The notes under the pieces: generated by a model
Databases searched by the model: none
What the model was told of the DNA's origin: nothing
The model's input: only the letters and a program-made list of their open reading frames with translations
Part shown: positions 36,427-49,070 of the stretch, piece after piece
How the letters are laid out: each line of letters begins with the position of its first letter
Numbering within the stretch: position 1 is the first letter of the stretch
Position numbers and translations under genes: made by a program
From: Macrostomum lignano
Lineage: Eukaryota
DNA length: 64,000 bases
Direction: 5' to 3'
Assembly (NCBI GenBank): GCA_002269645.1
Contig: NIVC01002498.1
Coordinates: 104,244-168,243, forward strand

Positions 36427-38585
36427 TTAGTAGGCCTAAAGCCTATAAAATGCAGCAAGGATGCCTGTTTCTAGTCTAACACTACTTGTCCAGTTGTCCT
36501 TAAAGCAAAGTGCTTTTTTAGTCTTTGTTCAGGTGTTAGGTAGGTCTACTGTTAATATTAGCTTGTACTTACTTAGCAATGCTTCTTAGGCCTAATACTA
36601 GGCCTAGTAGGCCCTTAGCCTAGCCCATTCTCTTCTATGTTCTATGTAATAATTTACTTTTTTATTTTGTGTCAGAGGGCCTATGTTAATTTTTAATATA
36701 ATCTCCTATCTGTAAGATAATTTATACTGTGATTTTGTATATGAATCTGCACATTTTTCTTATTTTACAAGGCATGTATAAATGATGTATTAATATTTAT
36801 TCCAAAATGAATATAGCCATAGGCTTACAATTATACAATAATATAGCCATATAGGGCGTAATCCAAATATACTAAATCTCTAAGGTTTGTATGCTTAATA
36901 TACTAAATCTCTATTTTCTAGTATTCTAAAAATGAAAAAAAATTAGTTGCTTGCTTGCTTGCTTGCTTGTATGCAATCAATTATCTCCCAAATAGCTCAA
37001 CCGATTTTTGCTTTTTCTTTGCCAAAATATGTCAAATATGCTTGGGTCTGGGATAGTATTTGCATTTTGCATGAGCTCTAGCTCATTGCTAAGGAGATTG
37101 GATTTTTGAAAAACTGTTTAAAATTGGCTTTCTTAATGCAAATTTTATCAACCTGCACGCAGTGAAATAATTCATAGCAAATTTTAATGGTTGCGCCAGA
37201 GCCAACTAATAAGAAAACTCACTGGGCTCTACTACCCAGATAATTACTCTATTTAACTTGTGTAACCATTAAAGGGGGTTATAATAAAAATTCTAGATGC
37301 TGGCAGACAGCTTATCCTAGCTAGTCTTATATACTAAAAATGAAAAATATATAGTCTATATATTTTTGAAGCCTAGGCTAGTTATGATTATGCTTTATAG
37401 GGTTATAGGCCTAGTCAAACTGTCTTGATTCTTTCTTGAACTTAGCTTACTTTGTCCAATTTTTATTAGGTAATTATGTCCAAATTTAAAAATAAAATAT
37501 TATCTAAAAAATTAGGACAAGCGAAGGCAATTCCTTGTTTTTTTCTAGGTTTTCTTTAATCAAAGAATTTGTTTGTTTATTGTCTATGTATAGGACTTTA
37601 AGTCCCCTTGGTTTATCTATTGGAATCCTCCTTAGTCAATTGGTACATATATAATATATAAATATGATCTAACCTCTTATATATAGAATGCTATACAGAA
37701 ATAGTTATTGTATTCATAGTGTAGGCCTATAATTAGGACTATAGTATTTAGTAGGCCTAATCATAATCTTCTGATCATTAAAATATATATCCTAGGCAAT
37801 AAAATGTAAATAAAAATTAGAAAATAATGAAAAATTAGAATGATATAAAAGTATATCATTAAGAGTATCTAGTGCATATTGGCATAAAATTTTGTATAAA
37901 ACATATTGCTATATGCAAATTTAAAGTTATATACTCACTAGCAATTAGCATTGAAAAGTCACTATTATGCACCAATGAGCAATTTCTCTTAGATTATTCT
38001 AAAATAAAAATACAAGAAAAACAATTGGGATGATAATGTCAATCTGTCTAACCCTCGCATACCACTCCCCTTACTCTTGATGGCAACATTTGATATTGCT
38101 ACATGTAGGTATACATTTGCTTAAAATTACCTAATTTAGTTTTTGTTTTTTATCTAATATTCAGGTTTTGAACCTGAACCTGAACCTGAACATTTGACTA
38201 GGTTGTCTTTGCTCTATAATCTTATGTATCAGTTATTTGACCTTTTATGACATTAACAAAGTTGATTTTTTGCAAAATTCAATAAACCTAGGTTAAATTT
38301 ATATGTTATATTACCCTATTTTATTGCAAAGGTAGTTTGGATGGTATCATTTTTCATTGACTCTGGTATATAAAAGCTTTGTTTTAATTAAATAGATTGA
38401 AACAATTCATCATCTTGAGCTGACATTTGTAGCAACTTTGGTTTAATTTGTTAACACTCTGCAAATGCAGCAATCTGCCAAACAAGTAGGCTTGAATTTC
38501 AAGGCGAAATCTGCGCAGAAAGGCAATATAGTCTTTTGCTACTTGTTCCTTTTGGCGCCAAAGCACCCTGTTCTAGAATGCAAGT

Positions 38586-38589
<4 letters not shown>

Positions 38590-38659
<70 letters not shown>
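38590..38659. repeat. (GA)n microsatellite ~230 bp upstream of the DENND2-like start
   Basis: Direct inspection. Confidence 0.95.
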
Positions 38660-38660
<1 letters not shown>

Positions 38661-38884
38661 AGGAGAGGGCCAGCAAGTGAAACTCGATACCGCAGGCAAT
38701 TCCAGTTTCAACAGGAACTTTCTTTTCTCGCCGGCGCGGCTCTCGCAGCCTCCGCCACCCCAATCTTGTTAATAAAAACACCTTCTAGGCAGCGTGAGGG
38801 CCTGCCTGCGTTCAGTAATTGCGCACCGAGAATTTTAGGCCTAATTAATTCTCGCAGTCGCATCGAAGCCAACAGGTGTCTCGC

Positions 38885-41800
38885 ATGCCGATTTTATCCG
38901 CAGTGGCCGCCCTGCTGCCGCCGACTGCAGCTGAGCAAAGCTCGCAAGCCATGAATGTCGGCAGTCAGCAGCAGCCGCCTCTGAAGCCGGCGAAATGCGA
39001 TCGAGTTGCTGCTTTTGCCCAGAGTCTGCAACAACCGCAACAGAATCAGAAGCAGCAGAGACAGCAGCTTGCGGCGGCCGGTTCAAGCAGCGGGCGAAGC
39101 GTCAGCCGGCAGTGCAGCCGCTGGCGCAGCGAGGAGAACCTCTGTCTGGTCCGCGACAGGCGCGCCCGCCTGTTCGCCCGGCGACCCCGGCCCGCTGCCG
39201 CCAATGATGGGGTGGCGAACTCTGCTGGCGTTGCCGCGCCCGCCGCCCCAGCAGCCTCCGCGGCTGTCCCTGCGCTGCATCATCCCAGGGGCCGATCCGC
39301 GGCTACTGCTGCCTGCGTGTCCAAGCTTGAGTGCACTGGCGACGGAGGCGGGGACGCCGTCTACGAGTCCATGATCTCTGCCACCGATGTGAGCTGGCCT
39401 TGGAACTCTTTTTACATCCGGTGTTTCCATGATCAGCCCCCAGACTGGCCCCATCAGCCCCCAGACTGGCACATCAGCCCCCAGACTGGCCGCATCAGCT
39501 CCCAGACTGGCCCCATCAGCCCCCAGACTGGCCGCATCACCCCCAGACTGGCCGCATCACCCCCCAGACTGGCACATCAGCCCCCACACTGGCCCCATCA
39601 GCCCCCAGACTGGCACATCAGCCCCCAGACTGGCCCCATCACCACCCAGACTGGCACATCAGCCCCCAGACTGGCCCCATCACCACCCAGACTGGCACAT
39701 CAGCCCCCAGACTGGCCCCATCACCACCCAGACTGGCCCCATCACCCCCCAGACTGGCCCCATCAGCCCCCAGACTGGCACATCAGCCCCCAGACTGGCC
39801 CCATCACCCCCCAGACTGGCCCCATCACCCCCAGACTGGCACATCAGCCCCCAGACTGGCCCCATCAGCCCCCAGACTGGCCCCATCACCCCCAGACTGG
39901 CCCCATCAGCCCCCAGACTGGCACATCAGCCCCCAGACTGGCCCCATCACCCCCCAGACTGGCCCCATCAGCCCCCAGACTGGCCCCATCAGCCCCCAGA
40001 CTGGCCCCATCAGCCCCAGACTGGCCCCATCAGCCCCCAGACTGGCCCCATCAGCCCCCAGACTGGCCCCATCAGCCCCCAGACTGGCCCCATCAGCCCC
40101 CAGACTGGCCCCATCACCCCCCCAGACTGGCCCCATCACCCCCAGACTGGCCCCTCAGCCCCCAATTCCTCCGCGAACCCTCAGTGCCGGCCGGCCGAGA
40201 ATGTATACGATGTCGCGGGCTTCGAGCACCGGCGCACGGCCTCCATCCAGGACCTGACCAGCGGTGGCAGCGTCGGGATTGTCTCGGCGGTTTCCGAAGG
40301 CGGCGGCGAGTACGCCACGGTGATGATCGAGCATCCCGGAGCCGCGGCCGGCAGCTCCACCACAGTTGATCGACGAAATCCGCAGCCAGCGGCCGGCGAT
40401 CAGCAACAATGGCGTCGCAACGTCCTTGGCTGCGTCTCCGACGCTTTCTCCGGCTTTCGCCGACTGTCGGCCACAGCTGCAGGCGCCTACGCCGGCGCCT
40501 CGGACTCCGAGGATGACGACGACGAGCGGTCGGCGGGCTCCGGAAGCCTGGGCAGTCTGGGCGGCTCCGAGCTGTCCGATCGAGTCCGCCGGGCCGAGCT
40601 CACCCGGCTGAGGAGCGCCGCCGCCCTGCACTCCGGGCTGCTGGCCCAGCGCTGTCGGCACGACCAGCTGTTCTCCGGCTGCTGCCTCATCCGCCTGCGG
40701 CTGTCGCTGAACTCGACGTCCGAGGCGCAGCCGACGCCCAGCCTGTCGTTCTGCCATCCGGCGAATTTCTCCGACCAGCCCTATTCGGCTTCTCTGCCGA
40801 GCTTCTGCTTTCCCGACGCCGAGTGCCTGGCAACCAGGCGGCAACGGCCGGGCGGAATCCACCAGCTGCGCGGCTACCTGGAGGCCTGCGACCGGTTCAG
40901 CTTCGTCATCACCGAGCAGCGGGGCCTTCGCTTCTACGGCTACTGCATGCGCTGTCTGGCGCCCGATCCGGCCGCCTCCAACTCCGCCCCCGCCGCCGCC
41001 GGCACCCTCGTCGAAGCCGTGTGCATCGTCTCGCCAGTGGAATCCGAGCAGCTGTTCCACCAGATCCTGCTGGAGGCGCTGAGGAAGCGGCTTGGAGCGG
41101 CCACGCCGGAGCAGGGCCGACAGGAGCTCGAGGATTTTCTGGGTTGGTTCTTTTGTGATGTCCGTGTCAGAGAGGCCAGTTATGGAATTATCGTTTTTCA
41201 ATAATTGAATACCGGTTTCTACGAGTCAAACGATGATTTCTAAGAATTAAAGAGCGATTTTAAAGAAACGAACAGCGATTTCTAAGAATTTATGGGTGCT
41301 TTCGAAGATCGGGGGTCGGGATGATTTCTTAAAATCGAAATTTGATTTCCCAGAAACAAACGGCGAATTCTAAGAAACGAAAGTGATTTCTAAGAATCGA
41401 TGATGATGATTTCTAAGAATCGAAAGTTGATTTCCCAAAAACGAATAGCGACTTCTAAGAATCAAAAGTTAATTTCCTAGAATTGAACGGAGATTTCTTA
41501 GAAACGAATGGCGATTTCTAAGAATCGATGGTGATTTCTAAGAATCGAGGGTGATTTCTAAGAATCGATGATAATTTCTAAGAATTGATGATGATTTCTA
41601 AGAATCGATGATGCTTTCTAAGAATTGATGATTTCTAAGAATCGATTATGCTTTCTAAGAATCGATGATGATTTCTAAGAATTGATGATGATTTCTAGGA
41701 ATCGATGATGCTTTCTAAGAATCGAGGGTGATTTCTAAGAATCGATGATGATTTCTAAGAATCGATGATGCTTTCTAAGAATCGATGATGATTTCTAAGA

Positions 41801-43768
41801 ATCGATGGTGATTTCTAGTGTTTAAATAAAGACACCTAAGAATCAAAAGGCTGCTTATAAAAACCTAAAATTTTCTAGATCTGTGTAGTCAGCAATGCTT
41901 TTAGTATTGTTGGACCAGATTGTCCACATTGCTCTTTCCTCGCCAGTCTCGGTGTACAGCCGGCCTCTGCCAGACGCTGGCGGCTGGTTCGACCTGGTGA
42001 CCACGGACCCCGGCCGCAGCGGCCAGGTCGTCAGTCGACGGTTCAGCCGGCCGGCCGGAGCCCGCCTGCAGCACGTGTCCCACTCGCAGCTGCTGACTTT
42101 CCCCGGCGCCCGGCTGGCGCTGCAGCTGTTCTCCGCCGCGCTGCACGAGCGCCAGATCGCGCTGGTCAGCGCCAACCCGCGCCGCCTCAGCCAGTGCGTG
42201 CAGGCCCTGGCCGGCCTGCTGTACCCGCTCCGGTGGCAGCACACCCTGGTGCCCGTCGTGCCCGCCGATATGTTGCGAATTGTCTGTTCGCCAACGCCTT
42301 TCATTTTGGGCGTCCTGGCAGAGCACCTGCCCCAGGTGGGCCTCATTTACACTGGTCTCTTGGTGTCGGAGATCTCAAGGGCTTACTTACGAGTAGATCA
42401 GCCCAGAAATTTTCTGAGAATCTCACGGGAGATTTTCTTAGAATAGAATCTCAGAGAGTCTTAGAATATAATTTCGTAGATTTTCTTAGAATCTCCTCTC
42501 GGAGAGTTTCTTAGAATCTCATCCTGAAGAGTTTCTTAGAATCTTATCTCGGAGAGTTTCTTAGAATCTCATCCTGAAGAGTTTCTTAGAATCTTATCTC
42601 GGAGAGTTTCTTAGAATCTTATCTCGGAGAGTTTCTTAGAATCTCATCTTGAAGAGTTTCTTAGAATCTCCTCTCGGAGAGTTTCTTAGAATCTCATCTC
42701 GGAGAGTTTCTTAGAATCTCATCTCAAATAGTTTCTTAGAGTCTCCTCTCGTATAGTTTCTTAGAATATCATCTCGAATAGTTTCTTAGAATCTCCTCTC
42801 GTATAGTTTCTTAGAATCTCATCTTGGAGAGTTTCTTAGAATCTCCTCTCGTGTAGTTTCTTAGAATCTCATCTCGAATAGTTTCTTAGAATCTCCTCTC
42901 GGATAGTTTCCTAGAATCTCATCTCGGAGAGTTTCTTAGAATCTCGCCCCCGGAAAACTTCTCGGTATCTCACCCGAAGATTTTCAAAGAATATTTCACC
43001 CGCAGGTTTTCCTTGTATGTCAAATTCTCGACATTTACTGATCCCCGACTCTCCGCGGCCCTGCAGGTGCTTCAAGACGACCTGGACCCGGACGTGTTCA
43101 TCGTCAGCCTTGACGACGCGCGCATCGTCCGACAGCGCGGTGACGAGTCGCGCCTCTTGCCGCGCAAGCTGCGCCGCGCCTGCCTGGCCAGCCTGGCCGC
43201 CTCCCGCCGCCTCGAGGCCACCCGGCGCGCCGCTGAGCTCCTGGTTGTCCGCACCTTCCTCCAGCTGTTCGTCGTGGCCGTCGGGCACTACGCCGATCAC
43301 GTGACCATCGGCCGGACCGACGGGAGGCGCCGCTTTGACCGAGAGTCGTTCTGCTCGGCGCCGCGCTCGCGTGGCCTCCGCGCCCTCCTGCGCGTCCTGG
43401 CCGTCACTGGCAATTTCCACGTGTTCATCAGCGACGTCCTGGACGGCAGCGCCTACGCGGCCAGCAAGCTGACGGTGAGCACCGTGCTGCGCGACTTCGA
43501 CCAGGCTGTGCGCGACTTCCGCGCCGACGCTCAGCGCCGAGGCGGCGCCGGCGCCAGCGGACTTTTGAGCAGCCTCAGGCGTCAGGTCCGCCGCCTGCTG
43601 TCTGGCGAAGACGATCGTCGGGGTCGTCGACGGAGCCGCGGTCGGAGCCGCACAGCCGCAGGCTACTCGGCTGCGTCCGCGACAGCGCCGCTGAGCAGCT
43701 CCTACCCGGCCAGGCCGAGCGGCTCGCTGCGCTCCTGGGGCCAGCCAGCGCTGCCGCCGCGGCGCTGA
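38885..43768 (+). CDS. DENN-domain Rab GEF, DENND2/ST5-like; 4 exons
   Basis: Exons 38885-39388, 40185-41142, 41947-42335, 43067-43768 (GT-AG; phases 0, 1, 0). uDENN: LPSFCFPDAE..FSFVITEQRGLRFYGYC. cDENN: LHERQIALVS..LSQCVQALAGLLYPLRWQHTLVPVVP..CSPTPFILGV. dDENN: FLQLF..VGHY..FDRESF..FHVFI. Confidence 0.88.
39431..40160. repeat. Intronic 21-bp C-rich minisatellite
   Basis: Unit atcagcccccagactggcccc; it creates the false long ORFs 38876-40369 and 39429-41204. Confidence 0.93.
41380..41820. repeat. Intronic ~20-bp minisatellite (ttctaagaa core)
   Basis: Unit gatgatttctaagaatcgat. Confidence 0.85.
42475..42950. repeat. Intronic ~25-bp minisatellite (ttcttagaa core)
   Basis: Unit gagtttcttagaatctcatctcgga. 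Confidence 0.9.
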
Positions 43769-43829
43769 GGCACAACTGGGGGAGTCGGCGCTCACTACTC
43801 GCTCATGGATCCACTGTCGTTGACCCATT

Positions 43830-44880
43830 TCAAAGACCTTGATCCAATGGTGTTGACCCACTTATGAGCCCGAAGTCTTGACCAGGCAGTGTTGACCCAC
43901 TTTTGTAGGCCTTGACCCAGCAGTGTTGGCCCATTCATAGGCCTTGACCCAGCGGTTTTGACCCATTCATAGGCCCTGACCCACCGGTGTTGACCCATTC
44001 ATAGACCTTGACCTAGCGGTGTTGACCTATTCATTGGCCTTGACCCAAAATTGTTGACCCATTCATAGGCCTTGACCTAGCGGTTTTGACCCATTCATAG
44101 GCCTTGACCTAGCGGCTTTGACCCATTCAAAGGCCTTGACCCAGTGGTGTTGACCCATTCATAGGCCTTGACCCAGCGGTGTTGACCCATTCATTGGCCT
44201 TGACCCAAAATTGTTGACCCATTCATAGGCCTTGACCTAGCGGTTTTGACCCATTCATAGGCTTTGACCTAGCGGTTTTGACCCATTCATTGGCCTTGAC
44301 CCAGAATTGTTTACCCATTCATAGACCTTGACCCAGCGGTGTTGACCCATTCATAGGCCTTGACCCAGCGGTGTTGACCCATTCATAGGCCTTGACCTAG
44401 CGGTTTTGACCCATTCATAGGCCTTGACCTAGCGGTTTTGACCCATTCATAGGCCTTGACCCAGCGGTGTTGACCCATTCATAGGCCTTGACCTAGCGGT
44501 TTTGACCCATTCATAGGCTTTGACCTAGCGGTTTTGACCCATTCATTGGCCTTGACCCAGAATTGTTTACCCATTCATAGACCTTGACCCAGCGGTGTTG
44601 ACCCATTCATAGGCCTTGACCCAGCGGTGTTGACCCATTCATAGGCCTTGACCTAGCGGTTTTGACCCATTCATAGGCCTTGACCTAGCGGTTTTGACCC
44701 ATTCATAGGCCTTGACCCAGCGGTGTTGACCCATTCATAGGCCTTGACCCAGCGGTGTTGACCCATTCATAGGCCTTGACCTAGCGGTTTTGACCCATTC
44801 ATAGGCCTTGACCTAGCGGTTTTGACCCATTCATAGGCCTTGACCCAGCGGTGTTGACCCATTCATATGCCTTGACCCTC
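43830..44880. repeat. 32-bp minisatellite downstream of the DENND2-like gene
   Basis: Unit tgttgacccattcataggccttgacccagcgg. Confidence 0.95.
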
Positions 44881-45229
44881 TGACCCAGAGGCAGTGACCC
44901 ATTCGTTGGCTCTGAACCATCAGCTTGCTAGCGGCGGGGCCCACAGTGCATGATTGCGCAATCAGTCCCCGCTTGTCATTGATGATAATTGCTAATCTGC
45001 ATTCACCAGTCAGTAATCAGTTATAATCATTTTCTATTCGAAACTCTCATATCCAGCATTCCACCTCCAGTGCGTGTCCGAGTCTTTCCAGCTGCTATTT
45101 TATTGCCTTGATAATCTTATCTAATCCCCAAGATGTACTCTTCTTTTGCTACTCTGTACTTTTGCGTTTCTGTGTTTAGCTCTGCCAGTCCTGTTTGTAC
45201 AGATCTTCGAGTCTAACATTGTCGTTTGA

Positions 45230-46440
45230 CCACAGCGTGCAGGAATGATTTTTTCGATTTATTATCGTGCAGGAATGTCTGTGTCTATGGTAGAAATCAC
45301 TTGACATACGTTAGCTTATCGTGCAGGAATGACTTCATTCCTGCACGATTTAACAGTTTTTTTAGAAGCAACTGAATATGTAATCAATAACAATATGGAA
45401 GAACAAAAAGGATAATAAGTGGAACTAGGGAAACAGTTAATGAGTCTATAGACCTACTCACACCCCTCTCGGCATTTACTCGAAAATAAACTGCACAACA
45501 TTCGTTTCGCCGTTTGCCAAAATCTTCATCCGCTTAGTGGGGGCTGCTACAAGTGTGGTGGTCGATTCTTCAACAACCAGTGACTTCTTGACAGTTGACA
45601 TTGACGCTGATCCGCACGGGTCGGTAGTCGCAACAGCCCTTGTAGGAGCGTCGCTCAGGGCGCACGGGTCGGTAGTTGTAACAGCCCTTGCAGGAGCTTC
45701 GCTCAATGTAGAACTTGGTGCCGGCATAGTTCCAGCTAGAGCGACTGTCAGCTGATCACTCATCCCTGCCATGATCGAGTCCCTCTTCTTGCCTCTCCGG
45801 ATGTATCGTTCTACCGACGCGCTATTCTGTGAATAGAGGTGGTGTTTAATAAATTCCTTGTCCATGTGTCAATAAACTTACTAAGAATAAAGAATTGCTC
45901 GCCTTGTGACCTGTCACCTTCGCAATTTTTTCGACAGAAAAGCCAGCTTCATGCAGCTCCGTAACAACTGTAGGTCGCACACAATGCTGAACACACTTTC
46001 AATAAACATTTCGTCGCCACTTAATCCAGACACCGGAGCTTAGCGAAAATCAATTTATGGAGGATTCAGAGCCGATTCGATTACAGACGCCATAGTCAAT
46101 AAGCTTTATACACTTTTATATAAACTCTCCACTCAATTTTCATCTCTTCTTAACGTTTCTCGAAAACCGTGCAGGAATGACTTTGTCTATGGTCAAAAGA
46201 CAATGATTTTCCTACACGCAAACTCGTGCGTCTATGGCAAAATGCACTCGTGCGCTTCGCGCACTCGTGCTTTTGCCATTGACGCACTCGTTTTCGTGCA
46301 GGAATATTACATTCCTTGCTAATTTTTTGTGCTAATTATAATAATAAATTAATTATTCATGCTCGATTTTACTGGATTTTGTCCGTTGCTATGGCGACGG
46401 AAAGAAAACGGTGCGTTGCTTATGGAAACATTCATAGGGC
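45230..46440 (-). mobile_element. Crypton-like tyrosine-recombinase element, internally deleted
   Basis: C-terminal YR fragment plus terminal repeats of cgtgcaggaatg and hairpins; no TIR/TSD pair found. Confidence 0.7.
45476..45986 (-). pseudogene. C-terminal tyrosine recombinase fragment (HxxR...GH...Y), split by a 76-bp GC-AG intron
   Basis: Exon 45986-45903 reads HCVRPTVVTELHEAGFSVEKIAKVTGHK. Intron 45902-45827 (aag|GCGAGC...cacag|aat). Next exon reads NSASVERYIRRG.. to the stop at 45476. The N-terminal catalytic Arg/Lys region is absent. Confidence 0.75.
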
Positions 46441-46476
46441 TTGGTTCGCCTATTACATGTAAACTGTACGAATGAA

Positions 46477-46749
46477 TAGAATGGATTGCTAAACTAGCCA
46501 ACATGATAAAGGAATAGAATGGATTGCTAATCTAGCCAACATGAATAAAGGAATAGAATGGATTGCTAAACTAGCCAACATGAATAAAGGAATAGAATGG
46601 ATTGCTAATCTAGCCAACATGAATAAAGGAATAGAATGGATTGCTAAACTAGCCAACATGATAAAGGAATAGAATGGATTGCTAATCTAGCCAACATGAT
46701 AAAGGAATAGAATGGATTGCTAATCTAGCCAACATGAATAAAGGAATAC
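46477..46749. repeat. 37-39-bp minisatellite, left of the transposon
   Basis: Unit gaatagaatggattgctaatctagccaacatgataaag. Confidence 0.9.
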
Positions 46750-48655
46750 ACAGCTATCTTGAAGACCAGTTAAGTGACAAAAAAATTGCCCAAAAAACGG
46801 GTTGTGTTTTCAAAAACAATGCACCACTAGAAGTTTTTATATAAATTTTCAAAATGATTTTGCGAGATATTTTTATTTTATTGCATGTTTTTACTTTTAC
46901 AATGATTTCTGTGCTGAAATTATAGTATCTGTGGTCTGGTAGTTGAGGGTTACTTGTATAATGTATTGCATACGTATAATTTTTTATCAAACATATCAAT
47001 ACATAAATTAGTAAACTTCATTAAATGAAGTGTGGTGAATAATATTAGACTTTCAATAGCATTTTGATACAAAATCACCTTTACCTTTAAAAATAGTTAT
47101 CAACTAAAAGCAACTTGTTTACTGGTGCCGTGAGTTGTACACAATTGTGCATTTCAGCAGCTGCTTGCTGTACTGTGCACTCGTTTTCGCCACTTTGGAG
47201 CTGCTGTCCCAGAGGCGACTGAAGTCCGCATGCACAGCCTCACTTGCCTGCTCCGACCAGAATCCAAGGCCATGCAGAGCTGATCCAGGCATTTGCGGCT
47301 GGTTGCGAAGAAATGGAGCAACATGCTCAAAGACAGCATGGACTTTAGGGCTGACAGGAATGCCAACATCCTTGTAGGCCGCAGCAAATGCCTTTATTGC
47401 TGCATCGTAGCCATCTAGAAGCACCAGTCCAAAACAAGTCCTACAGACTTCACGAAAGGTGCGAAGGGCTTGTACAATAGGCATGGCTGCTATGGCACCG
47501 CAGTCTTGCAGCATTTGCTCAAGTGAGTCGACACTGTTTAGCAGCTTGCTGCAGTGGTTGCCAGTAAACTGCCCACCTTGATATGGTGCCTGCCAGATGT
47601 TTAAACGATTAGCAAAGTCCTGTGCTCGTATTGTACAGTTGGAGATTGACTGTAATTGAGAATCAAGCTCCTTGAACAGCCGATTGACAATACCTAGCAT
47701 CAAGTGCAACTCCATTGGAGGCACAACGTTGATCACCAAAGTCTTGTCTGGAAAATCAAGCAGCGGCATTCCAACACAATTCTTGAACCTGGCAGCCGAG
47801 TGCCTTGTGCTACTTGTCTGCTGCACCAGCTCTTGGTAGCTATTAGCATTCTGTCTTATGCTGCCAAATGACCGCAAGGGAACTTCATGATGCATGCTAC
47901 AGAATTCTTTGCAGTTCAACTTGCACCATGGACAGGGGTGACTGCTGCTGGCACACTGGAGGCCAAGTAGTGTGTTAGCCATCTTCATGTCAACAGCAAG
48001 ACTGAAGCGTACCTGTTGCAGTCTCAGAAGGTCCAGGACAGCCTTGATGTTGAAGTAGGACTCTCGAACATCTTCGACAATTGCAAGGATCAGCAGTTTT
48101 TTTCACTCCACTATCACAGAAACGAGAACTGCATGCGGCAACAGAATAGCTTGTTTTTGTTTTAGGTTGTTGCTCTGCTCCAATTTGCACAATAGTGAGA
48201 CAGACCTTCAAGAAGTTGCCTCCTCCATCTATGCCAATTTTAACTTCAAAGTTTCCTTCTTCAATGCAGCAGTGGTACAGAAGGCTATCAATGAGTCCCT
48301 CCGGGTCCTTGCAGTATACAACGTGTCTCATCTCTGTTACTGCATCCTTCCCAGTCTAATATTATTCACCATTTTTCATTTAATGAAGTTTACTAATTTA
48401 TGTATTGATATGTTTGATCAAAAATTATACGTATGCCATACATTATACAAGTAACCCTCAACTACCAGACCACAGATACTATAATTTCAGCACAGAAATC
48501 ATTGTAAAAGTAAAAACATGCAATAAAATAAAAATATCTCGCAAAATCATTTTGAAAATTTATATAAAAACTTCTAGTGGTGCATTGTTTTTGAAAACAC
48601 AACCCGTCTTTTGGGCAATTTTTTTGTCACTTAACTGGTCTTCAAGATAGCTGTG
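46750..48655 (-). mobile_element. Chapaev/Transib-like (RAG1-related) DDE DNA transposon, 1906 bp, ~300-bp TIRs, 4-bp TSD AATA
   Basis: CACAGCTATC...GATAGCTGTG termini; near-identical TIRs 46750-~47051 and ~48353-48655; AATA on both sides; inserted in the 39-bp satellite. CAC termini with a 4-bp TSD match Chapaev. Confidence 0.85.
47119..48350 (-). pseudogene. Transposase catalytic core, N-terminally truncated, +1 frameshift in an A7 run (48097-48103)
   Basis: KIGIDGGGNFLKVC..DSGVKK|LLILAIVE..AVDMK..HPCPWC..PPMELHLMLG..FTGNHC..KVHAVFEH..WSEQASEAVH. Confidence 0.85.
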
Positions 48656-49070
48656 AATAGAATGGATTGCTAAACTAGCCAACATGATAAAGGAATAGAA
48701 TGGATTGCTAGTCTAGCCAACATGATAAAGGAATAGAATGGATTGCTAATCTAGCCAACATGTATGAAGGAATAGAATGGATTGCTAATCTAGCCAACAT
48801 GTATGAAGGAATAGAATGGATTGCTAATCTAGCCAACATGTATGAAGGAATAGAATGGATTGCTAATCTAGCCAACATGTATGAAGGAATAGAATGGATT
48901 GCTAATCTAGCCAACATGTATGAAGGAATAGAATGGATTGCTAATCTAGCCAACATGTATGAAGGAATAGAATGGATTGCTAATCTAGCCAACATGTATG
49001 AAGGAATAGAATGGATTGCTAGTCTAGCCCACATGTATGAAGGAATAGAATGGATTGCTAGTCTAGCTCT
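48656..49070. repeat. 39-bp minisatellite, right of the transposon
   Basis: Same family as 46477-46749 and 51435-52905. Confidence 0.9.

Noticed and set aside
38876-41204. 497-aa and 591-aa ORFs as complete proteins
   Set aside because: They are DENND2 exons read through a 21-bp intronic repeat; phase-0 splice sites at 39389 and 40184 remove it.
46754-46999. Duplicated 81-aa ORF (also at 48405-48650)
   Set aside because: Incidental translation of the two transposon TIRs.
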